Source of the DNA: Oligoflexales bacterium
GTDB taxonomy: Bacteria > Bdellovibrionota_B > Oligoflexia > Oligoflexales > Bog-1112
DNA length: 54,149 nt
NCBI GenBank assembly: GCA_045106415.1
Contig: JBGCEP010000078.1
Coordinates: 1 to 54,149 of the forward strand
Direction: 5' to 3'
Below the pieces are notes generated by a model, which had not been told where the DNA came from, searched no databases, and was given only the letters and a program-made list of their open reading frames with translations. This document shows positions 30,584 through 39,896 of the stretch, one piece after another. The position numbers and the translations under genes were made by a program. Every line of letters starts with the position of its first letter. Positions within the stretch are counted from its first letter, which is position 1.

Positions 30584-31193
30584 TATTGTCATGTTCTCGT
30601 GTGCCTCATATGAAGCTAAGCTCATAGAACCTTTGCAAGAATCATTTGTTCCGTTCCCGGTAAGCTCTTGTCAATCAAATGAGGGAGGGATTCAATGGAG
30701 GCTTAGTGAGGGGAAAACTGAGGTAGAAGGACAAGCGGACTGGATCTCTGATCATGAGGGAGGATGGGTTTTTGAGGTTGTTGATCCTTGGGGACAAATT
30801 CATTTAAGTGTGAAACATTCTCAGCTGGAGCCTCTATCTATTACTCCAAAAACTGGATTTAAATCTCAAGTGAAAAAAGGTTTTTTTGTGATTAATGATC
30901 ACAAGATTCCCATAAAACCCAATGAAGTAGCGTGTTTTTTAGAAGGAACAATCCCTCAGACTTGGTTGATTCATATGTGGAAAACGCCAAAAGGATCATG
31001 GATCTATAAAGATGGATCCAGAAAAATAAAAATCTCGAAAAAAAAATGGGGCTGGAAAGTAAAAGTGAAATGGCCTGTGCTGTGGGGGCTATGGTCGCAA
31101 AAAATGATATGGAAGATAAAGCAAGACTCACAGTCGTTCTCAAAAATTAAAGTTCAAGATTATAAGTTCGAATGGAGGAATCTTGAAGACTAA
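30531..31193 (+). CDS. Putative LolB-like lipoprotein
   Basis: Lipobox MFSC; FEVVDPWGQIHLSV and IPIKPNEVACFLEGTIP echo LolB segments; follows the TPR gene as lolB does in beta/gamma-proteobacteria. Confidence 0.5.
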   Translation: MHLLVKEFKKKFLICVISIVMFSCASYEAKLIEPLQESFVPFPVSSCQSNEGGIQWRLSEGKTEVEGQADWISDHEGGWVFEVVDPWGQIHLSVKHSQLEPLSITPKTGFKSQVKKGFFVINDHKIPIKPNEVACFLEGTIPQTWLIHMWKTPKGSWIYKDGSRKIKISKKKWGWKVKVKWPVLWGLWSQKMIWKIKQDSQSFSKIKVQDYKFEWRNLED

Positions 31194-31638
31194 TTTGATG
31201 GATGGCTTGCTGGAAGAGCTTATCATTGATCAACAAAGTTTTGATTTAGTGGAAGCATACTGCCGACGTTGGAAAGTCCAACAGTTTGAAGGTCTTTTAG
31301 AAACTCGTGTTTTTGAAGAAGAAACCTTACTGGAAATACTTTCAAAGCGTTATCATATTCCTATATTTACCGGACGTGTTGAGTGCGATATTTCTAACTC
31401 GAGTGCAGACCAAGTTTTGTATATAGATGCTAGAAAACTTTACTGCTTTCCACTGGAAGAGGGTTCGAATGAAGTTTCGAAACTTTGGATTGCGAACCCT
31501 TATGCGGAAGGTATTCAAGATGTATGTCCTGAGGTACCAAGAGTGCTAGGGACTCGTTATGATATTGTGCAAGCAATTTGTGAATATTACCCTTTGGACA
31601 GACAGTGTCCAAACCTAGGAGGTGAATGTGCTTCTTAA
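31183..31638 (+). CDS. Stand-alone GspE/PilB N-terminal-like domain protein
   Basis: LLETRVFEEETLLEILSKRYHIP, ARKLYCFPL, LWIANPY, I.EYY pattern; no ATPase domain. Confidence 0.6.
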   Translation: MKTNLMDGLLEELIIDQQSFDLVEAYCRRWKVQQFEGLLETRVFEEETLLEILSKRYHIPIFTGRVECDISNSSADQVLYIDARKLYCFPLEEGSNEVSKLWIANPYAEGIQDVCPEVPRVLGTRYDIVQAICEYYPLDRQCPNLGGECAS

Positions 31639-32569
31639 TATACAAAATTTGGTGGCTGGTTTTCCTCAAGAGCAAGGTTTGTTGACAGTGGTTGACCATC
31701 TCAACTTATCGATACCTGAGAAAAAAACAGTAGGTTTAGTCGGTGAGTCAGGGTGTGGGAAAAGTGCAACATGCTTAGCTATTCTGAGGCTCTTAGAAGC
31801 AGAGGTTCGTGGAAAAATTTTATTTCAGAACAAGGAACTTACCTCGATGCCTGAAGACAGGTTGCGTGAGATTCGTGGGAATGAAATTAGTATGATTTTT
31901 CAAGAGCCGATGACAAGTTTGAATCCTGTTTTAACTATTGGTTTTCAAGTCGCAGAGGTTTTTCGGGTTCATCGAGTGATGTCAAAAAAAGAAGCTCATG
32001 ATCGAGCTGTAGACATGCTGCGAAAAGTGAAGATTCCTGAACCGGAAAAAAGAGCAAAAGAATACCCTCACCAACTCTCAGGGGGAATGCGACAAAGAGT
32101 TATGATTGCCATGGCGTTGGCCTGTGAACCCAAGCTTCTGATTGCCGATGAACCGACAACAGCTCTTGATGTTACTATTCAGGCTCAGATTCTAGATTTG
32201 ATTCTGGAGCTTCAAGATCAAATAGGAATGTCTGTTCTGCTTGTGACACATGATCTTGGAGTGGTTGGTGATGTTTGTGATGATATCGTTGTTATGTATG
32301 CCGGAAGAGAGGTGGAAAGCGGTCCAACTCAGGAAGTCTTTGATAACCCTCTTCATCCCTATACAAAAGGGCTGTTAGCTTCAGTGCCTCACCTTGGTCG
32401 AAAGAGTAATCGGTTGCCAACTATACCTGGTCAAGTCCCTTCTCCACAGGAATGGAACCAGGGGTGTCGCTTTGAGTCACGCTGTCATCAAGCAGAACAG
32501 AAATGTGCGCAGAAACCAGAGTGGACATTTCACGATCACCATAAAGTTGCATGTTGGGGAGTTAAATGA
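31622..32569 (+). CDS. oppD: Oligopeptide/dipeptide ABC transporter ATPase (OppD/DppD type)
   Basis: [44 protein letters not shown]-terminal Cys cluster. Confidence 0.92.
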   Translation: MNVLLNIQNLVAGFPQEQGLLTVVDHLNLSIPEKKTVGLVGESGCGKSATCLAILRLLEAEVRGKILFQNKELTSMPEDRLREIRGNEISMIFQEPMTSLNPVLTIGFQVAEVFRVHRVMSKKEAHDRAVDMLRKVKIPEPEKRAKEYPHQLSGGMRQRVMIAMALACEPKLLIADEPTTALDVTIQAQILDLILELQDQIGMSVLLVTHDLGVVGDVCDDIVVMYAGREVESGPTQEVFDNPLHPYTKGLLASVPHLGRKSNRLPTIPGQVPSPQEWNQGCRFESRCHQAEQKCAQKPEWTFHDHHKVACWGVK

Positions 32570-33546
32570 GTACAGAAACAGTGCTTGATGTTCAAGGGGT
32601 AAAAACTCACTTCACAGCGAAGAAAAACTGGCTCGGTCAAGTGCAGTCAAAAGTTTATGCTGTGGATGGTGTAAGCTTTGAATTAAAAGAAGGTGAAACA
32701 CTTGGTCTTGTTGGTGAGTCTGGTTGTGGGAAATCGACATTAGGTCGAAGTCTTTTACAGTTAGTCCGCCCTACGGAAGGTAAAGTCTTTTTTAAAGGTC
32801 AAAACTTATGTGAAATGTCAGCTCAACAGTTGAGACCTTTAAGGCAAAACTTTCAAATGATTTTTCAAGATCCTTATTCATCATTAAACCCAAGAATGAC
32901 TATTGAAGAGATTCTTTTAGAGCCATATGTAATTCATGGTTTAGGAACCAGGAAAAACCTTCAACAAAAACTAAGAGACCTTCTTGATAAAGTCGGATTG
33001 CCTGAAAAAGCGCTTTCTCGCTATCCTCATGAGTTTTCAGGGGGGCAAAGACAAAGAGTTGGAATCGCAAGAGCTATTGCTTTAAATCCAGCTGTTATTG
33101 TTGCTGATGAACCTGTGAGTGCGCTGGATGTGTCAGTACAGTCTCAGATTTTAAATTTGATGAAAGACCTCAGAGAAGAACTTAAACTGGGTTATGTTTT
33201 TATTGCGCATGATCTTGCTGTCGTTGAATACATTAGTGATCGTGTTGCTGTAATGTACCTGGGAAAAATTGTAGAGATTGCATCGGCAGAGGATTTATAT
33301 AAAAGTCCTTTACATCCATATACGCAAGCTCTTATAGCTGCCATTCCACGAGTTGATCAGCCACATCGAGGGCGTAGAGAAGTTTTGCGTGGTGATGTTC
33401 CAAGCCCGATTCAGCCGCCAAGTGGTTGTCACTTTCATACAAGGTGCCCCAAAGCAACTGAGCTTTGTAAGGCGAAAAGACCTGAGCTGAAAAAACATTC
33501 GATGCAAGCGGATCATGCTGTTGCTTGTCATCATGTCGAAATTTAA
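32566..33546 (+). CDS. oppF: Oligopeptide/dipeptide ABC transporter ATPase (OppF/DppF type)
   Basis: [55 protein letters not shown]. Confidence 0.92.
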   Translation: MSTETVLDVQGVKTHFTAKKNWLGQVQSKVYAVDGVSFELKEGETLGLVGESGCGKSTLGRSLLQLVRPTEGKVFFKGQNLCEMSAQQLRPLRQNFQMIFQDPYSSLNPRMTIEEILLEPYVIHGLGTRKNLQQKLRDLLDKVGLPEKALSRYPHEFSGGQRQRVGIARAIALNPAVIVADEPVSALDVSVQSQILNLMKDLREELKLGYVFIAHDLAVVEYISDRVAVMYLGKIVEIASAEDLYKSPLHPYTQALIAAIPRVDQPHRGRREVLRGDVPSPIQPPSGCHFHTRCPKATELCKAKRPELKKHSMQADHAVACHHVEI

Positions 33547-33563
33547 TCAGAAAGGATGAACCT

Positions 33564-34616
33564 TTGAAATGTATTGTTCTCACAGGGGGAGGGACCGCAG
33601 GGCATGTGATGCCGCATATTGCTTGGCTTAAAGGATTAAGGGCTGAGGGGTGGGATGTTCGTTACGTCGGATCTTGCGGTATTGAAAAACAATTAATCTC
33701 TCAACAGAATGTTCCTTTTTACGAGATTCCTGTAGGTAAGTTACGGCGCTATTGGAGCCTTCAAAACTTTATTGACCCTTTTAAGGTGTTAGGTGGTTTT
33801 TTTTGGTCTCTTTTTTATCTTATGCGTCTTAAACCTGATGTTGTTTTAAGCAAAGGTGGGTTTGTAAGTGTCCCAGTTGCTTTAGCTGGTTGGTGTTTAA
33901 GAATACCTGTTGTTATCCATGAATCAGATGTTACTCCTGGTTTAGCGAATAAGATCTCACAACCCTTTGCTTCTCAGGTGCTTTATTCGTTTCCAGAGAC
34001 AGAAAAATATATTTCTTCAAAATCTCAGTGGCTTTTACCTCCTGTGCGCTCAGAACTTAAAGAAGGGTCCCGTGATCGAGGGTTGCAATGGCTTGGTTTT
34101 TCCAAAGATGCTCGGCCTATAGTTCTTGTTACTGGAGGTAGTCTAGGTGCGGCTCGTTTGAACCAAGCTGTGGTGGAGGAGCTCGAAGTTCTTTTAAAGT
34201 CATACCGTATCGTTCATCTCACAGGAGCTGGGAAGAATTTAGCTGAAGATAGAGAAGGTTATAAGTCTTTTGAATACTTAGGGCAAGAATTAGCTGATGT
34301 GATCGCAGCTGCGGATTTTGTCGTAGCTAGAGCTGGAGCAAACAGTATCTTTGAGTTTTTAGAACTAGAAAAACCAATGCTTTTAGTGCCGCTTGAAATT
34401 GGAAGTCGTGGTGACCAACTGCTTAATGCGCAATCGTTTGAAAAGCAAGGGTGGGCGAAAATTTTGAGAGAAAAAGACTTAAAAAATCAGCTGATCCCTG
34501 CCCTGCATTTATTGTCTGCTGAATCTTCTGTGATTATCGAGGCGCAAAAGAGCGGCAAGAAAACCCTAGAAACATCACCTAGTCTTATAAAGATTTTAAA
34601 AAATATTCATAAGTAA
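33564..34616 (+). CDS. murG: Lipid II synthase MurG
   Basis: TGGGTAGHV, GKLRRY, SKGGFVSVP, HESD.TPGLANK, GGSLGA, RAGAN, DQLLNA; TTG 33564 chosen as start. Confidence 0.94.
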   Translation: MKCIVLTGGGTAGHVMPHIAWLKGLRAEGWDVRYVGSCGIEKQLISQQNVPFYEIPVGKLRRYWSLQNFIDPFKVLGGFFWSLFYLMRLKPDVVLSKGGFVSVPVALAGWCLRIPVVIHESDVTPGLANKISQPFASQVLYSFPETEKYISSKSQWLLPPVRSELKEGSRDRGLQWLGFSKDARPIVLVTGGSLGAARLNQAVVEELEVLLKSYRIVHLTGAGKNLAEDREGYKSFEYLGQELADVIAAADFVVARAGANSIFEFLELEKPMLLVPLEIGSRGDQLLNAQSFEKQGWAKILREKDLKNQLIPALHLLSAESSVIIEAQKSGKKTLETSPSLIKILKNIHK

Positions 34617-35563
34617 AGATATGGTCTGTTAAAGATGATTCGATGAATCATGTCGATTTGTTTATGGCACTCTGGGGTGCTTTCTAAAAGAAAAGCCTTT
34701 AAAGAGTGAGGTGCAAACTTTCTTAAAATTTTTTTAGATCTTTTTTCAGAAATATCTCTGCTTAATTTTTGTAGTGTTTTTTCATAGAGACCTTGGAAGT
34801 CTGAGTCTTTGTGAAGGTCGAAGTAGTGTGCTTGAAAAGATTTAAATTCTTCATTTATAGCATTCCCCCATTCTTGTGAAAGATCTTTTTTTGTGAAGAA
34901 TTCTAAGCTTTGAAGACGTTCAAATATTTGTTCTCTTTGAAGTTGTGGCTTTTTTTTAAGAATTTCTTGGAGATCTTTTCTTATGTCTTGCATATAAAAA
35001 GAAGCTTTTTTACGTGAGGGTTTATGAAAGATTTTTCGCCAAAAATTTTCAGGAAAAGAAGGGTTGATAAAGCCAGATACCGCAGAAGATAAGTCTATAT
35101 AAGAATAGCCTGCAAACCCTTCTTTGATGCTTTGTGTACTGTGATTCGTATTCATATAGAATTCAACAAAATGCACAAGGTGAGTGTCAATGTGATCTAC
35201 CTTAGAATTTTCTCTCATTTCGCTAATAAGACCTTCAAGGTAGTGTAACCCTAGAAAGTCTGTAAGTTGTTCATAATTATGATCAGTGAGCATTTCTTGA
35301 ATATTAGTGTAAATTTTTCGAGAAGTGTCCATGCGGGCTTGTTGGAATTTCTCTATAGATAAAGACCAATAACTTATTGCAATAAGGAGCTCGCTGAGAC
35401 GTCCCCGGGATGTACTGGGCAGTTCTTTTTGATATTGATTGAGGATTTCATTATGAGCAGTTTGTCTGATTTCATTCTCATGAGAGCGATTTGGGGCAGG
35501 GTTGTTTTGACTATAGACACAGAGTGGAGTTAAGAAAAAATAGACTAAAAAGATTAAATGCAT
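34607..35563 (-). CDS. Hypothetical exported helical protein
   Basis: 318-aa ORF with signal peptide (VYS-Q); no recognised family; 3' end overlaps murG by 10 bp. Confidence 0.7.
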   Translation of the reverse strand: MHLIFLVYFFLTPLCVYSQNNPAPNRSHENEIRQTAHNEILNQYQKELPSTSRGRLSELLIAISYWSLSIEKFQQARMDTSRKIYTNIQEMLTDHNYEQLTDFLGLHYLEGLISEMRENSKVDHIDTHLVHFVEFYMNTNHSTQSIKEGFAGYSYIDLSSAVSGFINPSFPENFWRKIFHKPSRKKASFYMQDIRKDLQEILKKKPQLQREQIFERLQSLEFFTKKDLSQEWGNAINEEFKSFQAHYFDLHKDSDFQGLYEKTLQKLSRDISEKRSKKILRKFAPHSLKAFLLESTPECHKQIDMIHRIIFNRPYLYL

Positions 35564-35903
35564 AGAAACCCCAGTGTAGTTTTGTTGCTAGCTTATAGAG
35601 AGAGTTTTTAATTGAGTCAAGTTTTTTTGGAGTTTCTTTTTATTCTTCAGCTCTTAAGAATAAGGATTCTTTTAAATTTTTGATTTAAAAGAAAACTCAC
35701 TTCAGTATAGAGGATTCGAATGATTGATATAATCACAGCATTCTTTATTGTTAAGCTCCGAAAGTTAATTTTTGTGAGAGATATAGTGATTGTGTTGTTT
35801 TCTGATTGTGAATAGAGAAAATACGCAAAACTTTTTCTCCACTCAAGATCACATCAGGTTTTGAATTTAAGTCCAGTTTTATCAATGGATTTGTTTTGTA
35901 GAA

Positions 35904-36533
35904 TTAAATGCCAATTGAGACTTTGAATGCATAAGATTTAGGGCTTGTCTGAGCTGTTTTAACCTCAGCCGATACAGCAATAAAAGGAGGGAAGAGATGC
36001 CAGTAAAATCCAGCATCTTGTGTGAGCTCTCCCCATTGATGGTAGTCGTTAGTATCAGATACTTGGATGTGATGAGCGTACCCGAAATTTGCCCATAGAC
36101 TGATAGACCGATATCCCCAGCTAGCTAAGATTTGTGCTGTCGTTGTGTGAAGTGGGCCCTGTGTCGATACAAACATACGGCTGTGGGTAGTTCTAAGAGC
36201 GATGGCTGGAGTCATAAACTTTTCGTAGAGAGTATATTGGATATAGCCTGAATAACTTTTCTCTTCTTCAAAACTCGCAAGACCTAAACCTATATCAAGA
36301 GGCCAGAAAATACCTTTGGTTAGCCAGGCTCGAGTGACTGTTTGAGTTGAAATACTGCCGTCTTCCTCGGGGGTGCGAATCTGTTCAAAGCCACTTCCTA
36401 AGTTTACTCCTACCCCGTGTGAAGAAGCTCTTTCTGTTGGGCTAAACCGGTTTAAACTGCTTTGGTACGTCATCGTATTCCCAAATAAGGGAGCGCTCAG
36501 AAAAAAGAAGAGAAGTGTCGTTTTCAATTTCAT
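35904..36533 (-). CDS. Exported probable beta-barrel protein
   Basis: Start MKLKTTLLFFFLSAPLFG at 36533 with GAGG RBS; amphipathic strands; ends YAFKVSIGI. Confidence 0.6.
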   Translation of the reverse strand: MKLKTTLLFFFLSAPLFGNTMTYQSSLNRFSPTERASSHGVGVNLGSGFEQIRTPEEDGSISTQTVTRAWLTKGIFWPLDIGLGLASFEEEKSYSGYIQYTLYEKFMTPAIALRTTHSRMFVSTQGPLHTTTAQILASWGYRSISLWANFGYAHHIQVSDTNDYHQWGELTQDAGFYWHLFPPFIAVSAEVKTAQTSPKSYAFKVSIGI

Positions 36534-36851
36534 ATATGCCTCTATTTTGTGGTGTCGATATGTTTGCATTAAAATTTTACAGAGAATCTCTAAAAATACA
36601 GAAACCTTTTTTTGAATTGCAGATTTAGCATGAGAGACAGAGTCTGTCGTTGGTACCTCTTTTTCCTTTCCCATGCTTAGAGTTTCAGCAGGTTGTTAAC
36701 TTTGATATTGAGCCATTTTTATGAATATCATTGTAAACAATGATTTATTTTATCAGATTTATATAAATATTTGTGGAGGAGGTTGTGAGAAGATTCGTAG
36801 TTGTAGAATAATGAAATTTCTGCGTTCTACTGGAAATAGAAAAGATGTTAG

Positions 36852-36892
36852 AAAATTTAGTGAATACTTTTATGAAATATCCACTAAATTTT
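36852..36892. terminator. Inverted repeat downstream of the 36911 gene (probable terminator)
   Basis: AAAATTTAGTGAATA / TATCCACTAAATTTT, 14 of 15 complementary. Confidence 0.5.
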
Positions 36893-36910
36893 AAGAGATA
36901 GAGAATCTTT

Positions 36911-37432
36911 CTACATTTGTAATGAGCACCCCATATGGACTTCCCATGGGTCTTTTGGGGAGCGATTTATTGGATCTATTCTATGCTCGTATCTTGTTCC
37001 TAATCGTCCTTCTACAGAGACTTTCTCTGTAGCGTCAAATTGATATCCAATATAATAATTCATAAGTCCTGAGTATTCTAAAGCTTGATCAGAATGCTTT
37101 AATGCTGATAAACCAACTTGTTGGTTTACTGAAAGAGTAAGGTCTTTTAGTTGAATGCTGAATCGTGGTCCGTAAAGTACAGAAAAACTATGTGCTGTAG
37201 AGCTGAATTGTACTCCATAGTGTTTTCCTGCTTCTACTGAGAAGATGTGGTGAGAAGAAAATTCAGAAGAGTTAGGAATAAAGATTTCAAGACCTGCTGA
37301 GTTTTTAGGAGATGATTCGCTTTGACTCATAAATATCGAGTACTTGTTCTCACTCCTGTTTTCAGAAGCATAACTATTGCTCGTGTTAATGATAAGAGTG
37401 AGCATTAATAAAATCTTTGCTGTGTATAACAT
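36911..37432 (-). CDS. Small exported probable 8-stranded outer-membrane beta-barrel
   Basis: Signal peptide (SYA-S); strands such as YGVQF, LYGPRF, NYYIGYQF, VEGRLGTRY, WEVHMGCSL. Confidence 0.6.
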   Translation of the reverse strand: MLYTAKILLMLTLIINTSNSYASENRSENKYSIFMSQSESSPKNSAGLEIFIPNSSEFSSHHIFSVEAGKHYGVQFSSTAHSFSVLYGPRFSIQLKDLTLSVNQQVGLSALKHSDQALEYSGLMNYYIGYQFDATEKVSVEGRLGTRYEHRIDPINRSPKDPWEVHMGCSLQM

Positions 37433-37495
37433 AATTTAAAACCTTTAATGAATAGATAAGTGATGTTGTTAATTGTTTTTTGTTAAATGATACTC

Positions 37496-38146
37496 TTAGC
37501 TTTTTCGATCTTCATGATAAATACCGTATGCAGCTCCAACTACCACGCTTGCTCCGACAGCAATCCCTTCCGCCATCGTGCCAGCTCCAAGTCCGGCTAA
37601 GCCTCCCTGAAGAGTGCTTTGTCCAATTTTCTCACAGCTTTTTAACTTTTCTTTAAATTTATGGAGACCAAATGGATTGTGTACAATGAGAGGAAATTTT
37701 TCATCTATGATATAAGTGTGATAATCAGAGACTTCAAAATTAAAAAGTTCAACTTCTTTTATAATTTTTTGAATAGCGTGAACTTCAATAGTGCTGTCGA
37801 TGCCTTGAAGTTTTTCTTTTATATCTATATTTTCAATTGCAATCCATTCTAGCTGGCTTGATAAAAATAGCTGACCTTCACCAGTGATGAATTCATTCCC
37901 ATTGCTAAGGGTGATTTTATATGCATAATCAGCTTTTCTCTTCATGGTCTCTGAAATTCTTTTGTGTTCAAGATCAAGATTTTTTTGTTGCATTACACTA
38001 GTGACAAACTGATTGGGATAAATTCTGGATATTGCTTTTTTGTAGCCACAACAGATGATTTTTGTTTCTGACGTAAAACCACCTGGGAATTCTAACCCGA
38101 ACGCATTAGATGAAATAAATAGTAAGATATAACTGAAAATTTTCAT
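37496..38146 (-). CDS. Signal peptide + Hint (bacterial intein-like) domain + 59-aa glycine-zipper peptide
   Basis: GFTSETKI (block A with Cys1>Gly), YKITLSNGNEFIT (block B lacking His), LFNFEVSDYHTYII (block F), LIVHN (H156-N157), then a Gly/Ala-rich tail. Confidence 0.85.
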   Translation of the reverse strand: MKIFSYILLFISSNAFGLEFPGGFTSETKIICCGYKKAISRIYPNQFVTSVMQQKNLDLEHKRISETMKRKADYAYKITLSNGNEFITGEGQLFLSSQLEWIAIENIDIKEKLQGIDSTIEVHAIQKIIKEVELFNFEVSDYHTYIIDEKFPLIVHNPFGLHKFKEKLKSCEKIGQSTLQGGLAGLGAGTMAEGIAVGASVVVGAAYGIYHEDRKS

Positions 38147-38689
38147 AAATAACCCTAAAGAATTTTGATTTTATTTTTGAGTCTATAACTCATTGTGTAA
38201 TTCTTGTTAATTATGATTAACCGGTCAACAAAAACATTATTTTTCTTGTTAGTGTAATAAAAAACAGTGAATTAAATGAATGTTTATTTTAGCCTTAGAA
38301 AATATTGATTATTTATCTCTGCTTGAATCTTTAGAAATTCCCTTCTAGAGGAAGTACTCAGGTGGAAAAATATTCACGTTCAAATTATAAAATTTACACA
38401 AAAATATTGTCTGTTTTTTTCATATGAATGATCGTTGTATAGAAAAGAAAATTTACTTATCTAACATTATTAAGTTGCTCTGAATGCTCATATGCATTTT
38501 AATAAAATCTCCTGAGTAATCCCTCGTGTTTTTTTGTTTAAATAACAATCTGATAATACAAGTTTTATTGTGCTTCTGATAAAAAATCTCAATATATATA
38601 AATAATCATGTATAAATATAACTCATATGAAAAACAAATATCTTATTTAACTACTAAATATATGAATATACCTAAATTTTGGAGAGATT

Positions 38690-39838
38690 TTGAAAACACC
38701 AGCGCTGAAATCTAAGTATTTATTTTGTGGGCTACTTTTATCAACGCAAAGTAGTTTTGCCGCATTAAGAGATCTGCCTTATCACCCTCGTTTTATACCA
38801 ATTACAAGCTCGTCAGAGCGCCCTTTAGGATCAGGTTATACGCAAGGCTTAAAAGGAGCTGAAGAGTTTTGCAAACAAGGTGTTGTGCAACAAATTGGCG
38901 GTGGTGACCCATCTGTTATTACTGAATCTAATAATGTTTTGTCTCACACATATTTATATATGGACAATAAAACGAAAAAATCTACAACAGAAGTTAAAAG
39001 TAATACTGAGGTTAGTGACACACTAAAACTTGGGAAAGCGCTTTTAGATTCAAAAATGACATCTCAAAGCGATACACTCAGTACTGATTTGATTCTTTTT
39101 TCTTATTATTCACCTAAGCATGAAAGAATTGATTCACAGAAGTGTGAATTATCTAAAATAAAGAATTTTGCTTATAATGAAAAAAATTCTTTTTCATTCA
39201 TGTGTGATTTTTATGGTAATACGCAGAAGATATCACCTGTTATGATACCTGAACAAGCTCGGAGATTCTTATCCTCAACAGGAGTTCGAGTTATTAATGA
39301 ACATTATTATGGTCTCTCATACTTTTTATCTGCATCATTACGGTTTCAGTCTGAGTCTGACAAAATTAATTTCTCAAAAAAAATTAATGGAACTTTTCCA
39401 AAAGCAAATGGAGAAATGAATTTAGATATTGCACAGAACCATCAAACAAGTCATTTCAGCATTGATGTTAATCTTGATAAAAACTCGATGATTCCAGCGT
39501 TTAATGCATTAAAAAATATTGGGAAAAATCATTTGGTTGAAGAGATTGATGAACTTGAAGAAAAATTACTTTTACAAGCTCAAGAAGGCAATATACAGGG
39601 TACTATTAAAATGATGATCGCCTTGTCGAAGAGAATTGAGAATGTTCAACAAGAAATTTATGCCTTAGAACAAAATGGTGTAAAAATTTCTTTACCTGTG
39701 ATTGCTGCTGGATTGTCATATCATAATAATTGTACGAAAGAAATTCAAACAATTGAAAGATGTATTCAACTTTCATTTAATAAAGTCTTTGACCGACAAA
39801 CTGCAGCAGAGAAAAAACAAAAATCATCAAAGTGGTAA
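38690..39838 (+). CDS. Exported protein with putative MACPF/CDC-like fold
   Basis: Signal peptide (SFA); LGSGY; FLSSTGVRVINEHYYG keeps the G-x9-G spacing of the MACPF signature; Ser/Thr-rich alternating segments. Confidence 0.45.
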   Translation: MKTPALKSKYLFCGLLLSTQSSFAALRDLPYHPRFIPITSSSERPLGSGYTQGLKGAEEFCKQGVVQQIGGGDPSVITESNNVLSHTYLYMDNKTKKSTTEVKSNTEVSDTLKLGKALLDSKMTSQSDTLSTDLILFSYYSPKHERIDSQKCELSKIKNFAYNEKNSFSFMCDFYGNTQKISPVMIPEQARRFLSSTGVRVINEHYYGLSYFLSASLRFQSESDKINFSKKINGTFPKANGEMNLDIAQNHQTSHFSIDVNLDKNSMIPAFNALKNIGKNHLVEEIDELEEKLLLQAQEGNIQGTIKMMIALSKRIENVQQEIYALEQNGVKISLPVIAAGLSYHNNCTKEIQTIERCIQLSFNKVFDRQTAAEKKQKSSKW

Positions 39839-39847
39839 TTATGTATA

Positions 39848-39870
39848 AGAAGGGGCGAAGTCTCTTTTTT
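39848..39870 (+). terminator. Possible terminator after the MACPF-like gene
   Basis: AGGGGC-GAA-GTCTCT followed by a T-run. Confidence 0.45.
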
Positions 39871-39896
39871 AATACTTCTTAATCTGGAGTTCGAAA

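Noticed and set aside
37676..38080. True protein-splicing intein
   Set aside because: No Cys/Ser at position 1, no block B His, +1 residue is Pro, and no conserved host protein flanks it.
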